Part shown: positions 63,022 through 64,000 of the stretch, piece after piece
Layout of the letters: each line of letters opens with the position of its first letter
Position numbering within the stretch: the first letter of the stretch is position 1
DNA from: Myxococcota bacterium
GTDB taxonomy: Bacteria; Myxococcota_A; UBA9160; SMWR01
Assembly (NCBI GenBank): GCA_036560145.1
Contig: DATBRV010000062.1
Coordinates: 108,703 to 172,702 of the forward strand
Length of the DNA: 64,000 nucleotides
Direction: 5' to 3'
Notes under the pieces: model-generated
What the model was told of the DNA's origin: nothing
Databases searched by the model: none
Seen by the model: only the letters and a program-made list of their open reading frames with translations
Translations under genes and position numbers: made by a program

Positions 63022-64000
63022 ATGCCCGCGGAGGGGCGACGCTGGCTCGCCGCCGTGCCGCTGCTCGTGCTCTTCCTCTTCTGGAGCGATCGCGCGCCGG
63101 CGGCCGTGACCTTCGCGGGAAACGTGCTGTCCACCAGCGTCGCCCCCGACACCGTCGACATGGTCGTCGCGGGGGGCGCCGTCGCCCGCATCCAGATGCT
63201 CGACTCCGATCTCGTGCGGGTACGGGTGAGCCCTGCGGGTACCTTCGGCACCCGTCTGAGCGGGGCCATCGCAGCTGCCGGCCTGACCCCGCCGGGGGCC
63301 GCGATCCATGACTCCGCGGGCGCCGCCTACCTGATCACGAGCGCGATGACGGTCGTCGTTCTCAAGGCGCCGTTTCGTGTGGTCGTGTTGAGGCCCGACG
63401 GAAGCCTCGTCGTCGCGGACCAGGAGGTCGCCGTCGGCTGGGATGCGGACTCCGGCCTGGTCTTCAACCGCAAGTACGCCCCGCCCGACGAGCACTATTT
63501 CGGGCTCGGGTTCCGTGGCGGACCGATCGATCGTCGCGGCCGGCGATTCGTGCTGGCGAACACCGACAACGCCGCGTACGGCGAGTTCTCCGATCCCCTG
63601 TACTCGAGCTTCCCCTTCTACTACGGAGTGCGCGGCGGCAAGGTCTACGGCTTGTTCTTCGACAATCCCGCCATTCCGTTCTTCAACATGGTTCTCGATG
63701 GCACCGACGAGGTGCTCTTCGGCGCGCTCGACGGCGAGATCGACTACTACGTGATGGCGGGGCCCGAGCCCGCTCGCGTGGCCCGGACGTACGCCGCATT
63801 GACGGGCTTCACGGCCCTCCCTCCCAAGTGGTCGCTCGGCTATCACCAATCGCGCTTCGATCCCCGGTCGCAGGCCGAGTATCTCGAGGTCGCGGCGGAG
63901 TTTCGCAGCCGGCGGATTCCCGCCGACGTGCTCTACTTCGATCTCTACTACATGGACCTGTTGCAGATCTTCTCCTGGGATCCGGTCCGGTTCCCGGATC
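63022..64000 (+). CDS. glycoside hydrolase family 31 (alpha-glucosidase-like), partial, continues right of the window
   Basis: Absent from the ORF track because it has no stop in the window. ATG 63022. Signal/TM WLAAVPLLVLFLFW. Motifs FGLGFRGGPIDRRG, YSSFPFYY, LPPKWSLGYHQSRF and IPADVLYFDLYYMD. Confidence 0.8.
   Translation, partial: MPAEGRRWLAAVPLLVLFLFWSDRAPAAVTFAGNVLSTSVAPDTVDMVVAGGAVARIQMLDSDLVRVRVSPAGTFGTRLSGAIAAAGLTPPGAAIHDSAGAAYLITSAMTVVVLKAPFRVVVLRPDGSLVVADQEVAVGWDADSGLVFNRKYAPPDEHYFGLGFRGGPIDRRGRRFVLANTDNAAYGEFSDPLYSSFPFYYGVRGGKVYGLFFDNPAIPFFNMVLDGTDEVLFGALDGEIDYYVMAGPEPARVARTYAALTGFTALPPKWSLGYHQSRFDPRSQAEYLEVAAEFRSRRIPADVLYFDLYYMDLLQIFSWDPVRFPD

Overview
This is a very GC-rich, GC3-biased, gene-dense bacterial chromosomal window with about 60 protein genes. 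Many long ORFs in the track are antisense shadows of real genes. I ran no database or composition searches. All family names come from motifs I recognised by eye.

Layout:
- 1-9.2 kb, housekeeping: queA-tgt, a methyl-accepting chemotaxis protein, a ROK kinase, and a REC-PilZ regulator.
- 9388-9464: an initiator tRNA-fMet, followed by an accessory region of about 9 kb (9.4-18.2 kb).
- 18-27 kb: secreted repeat proteins, a universal stress protein (USP), a methyltransferase and an L,D-transpeptidase.
- 27.4-37.2 kb: an envelope glycosylation/acylation cluster with an embedded dps.
- 37.2-44.8 kb: an RND efflux operon translationally coupled to a lipase-like lipoprotein.
- 44.9-48.7 kb: a divergent SelO-like gene, then TetR-P450.
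- 49-54 kb: outer-membrane and beta-helix proteins, LOG, a TPR lipoprotein and a binding protein.
- 54.3-57.5 kb: an IPTL-CTERM-like protein, then a two-gene ARPP-1(DUF6569)-like plus DUF2779 nuclease operon.
- 57.6-64 kb: ABC-F, a 7TM histidine kinase, a second integration scar, and a partial GH31 gene at the right edge.

Most unusual feature: the accessory region downstream of tRNA-fMet.
- The tRNA acceptor 3' end is repeated three more times.
- A 65-75 nt repeat ending in that acceptor mimic brackets three PEP-CTERM genes as unit-gene-unit cassettes.
- The array abuts a decayed tyrosine integrase.

Second scar, at 62.1-62.9 kb: the 3' 45 nt of tRNA-Gly(UCC), an integrase C-terminal remnant, and a frameshifted PAS fragment.

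No CRISPR array, reverse transcriptase or intact mobile element was seen.
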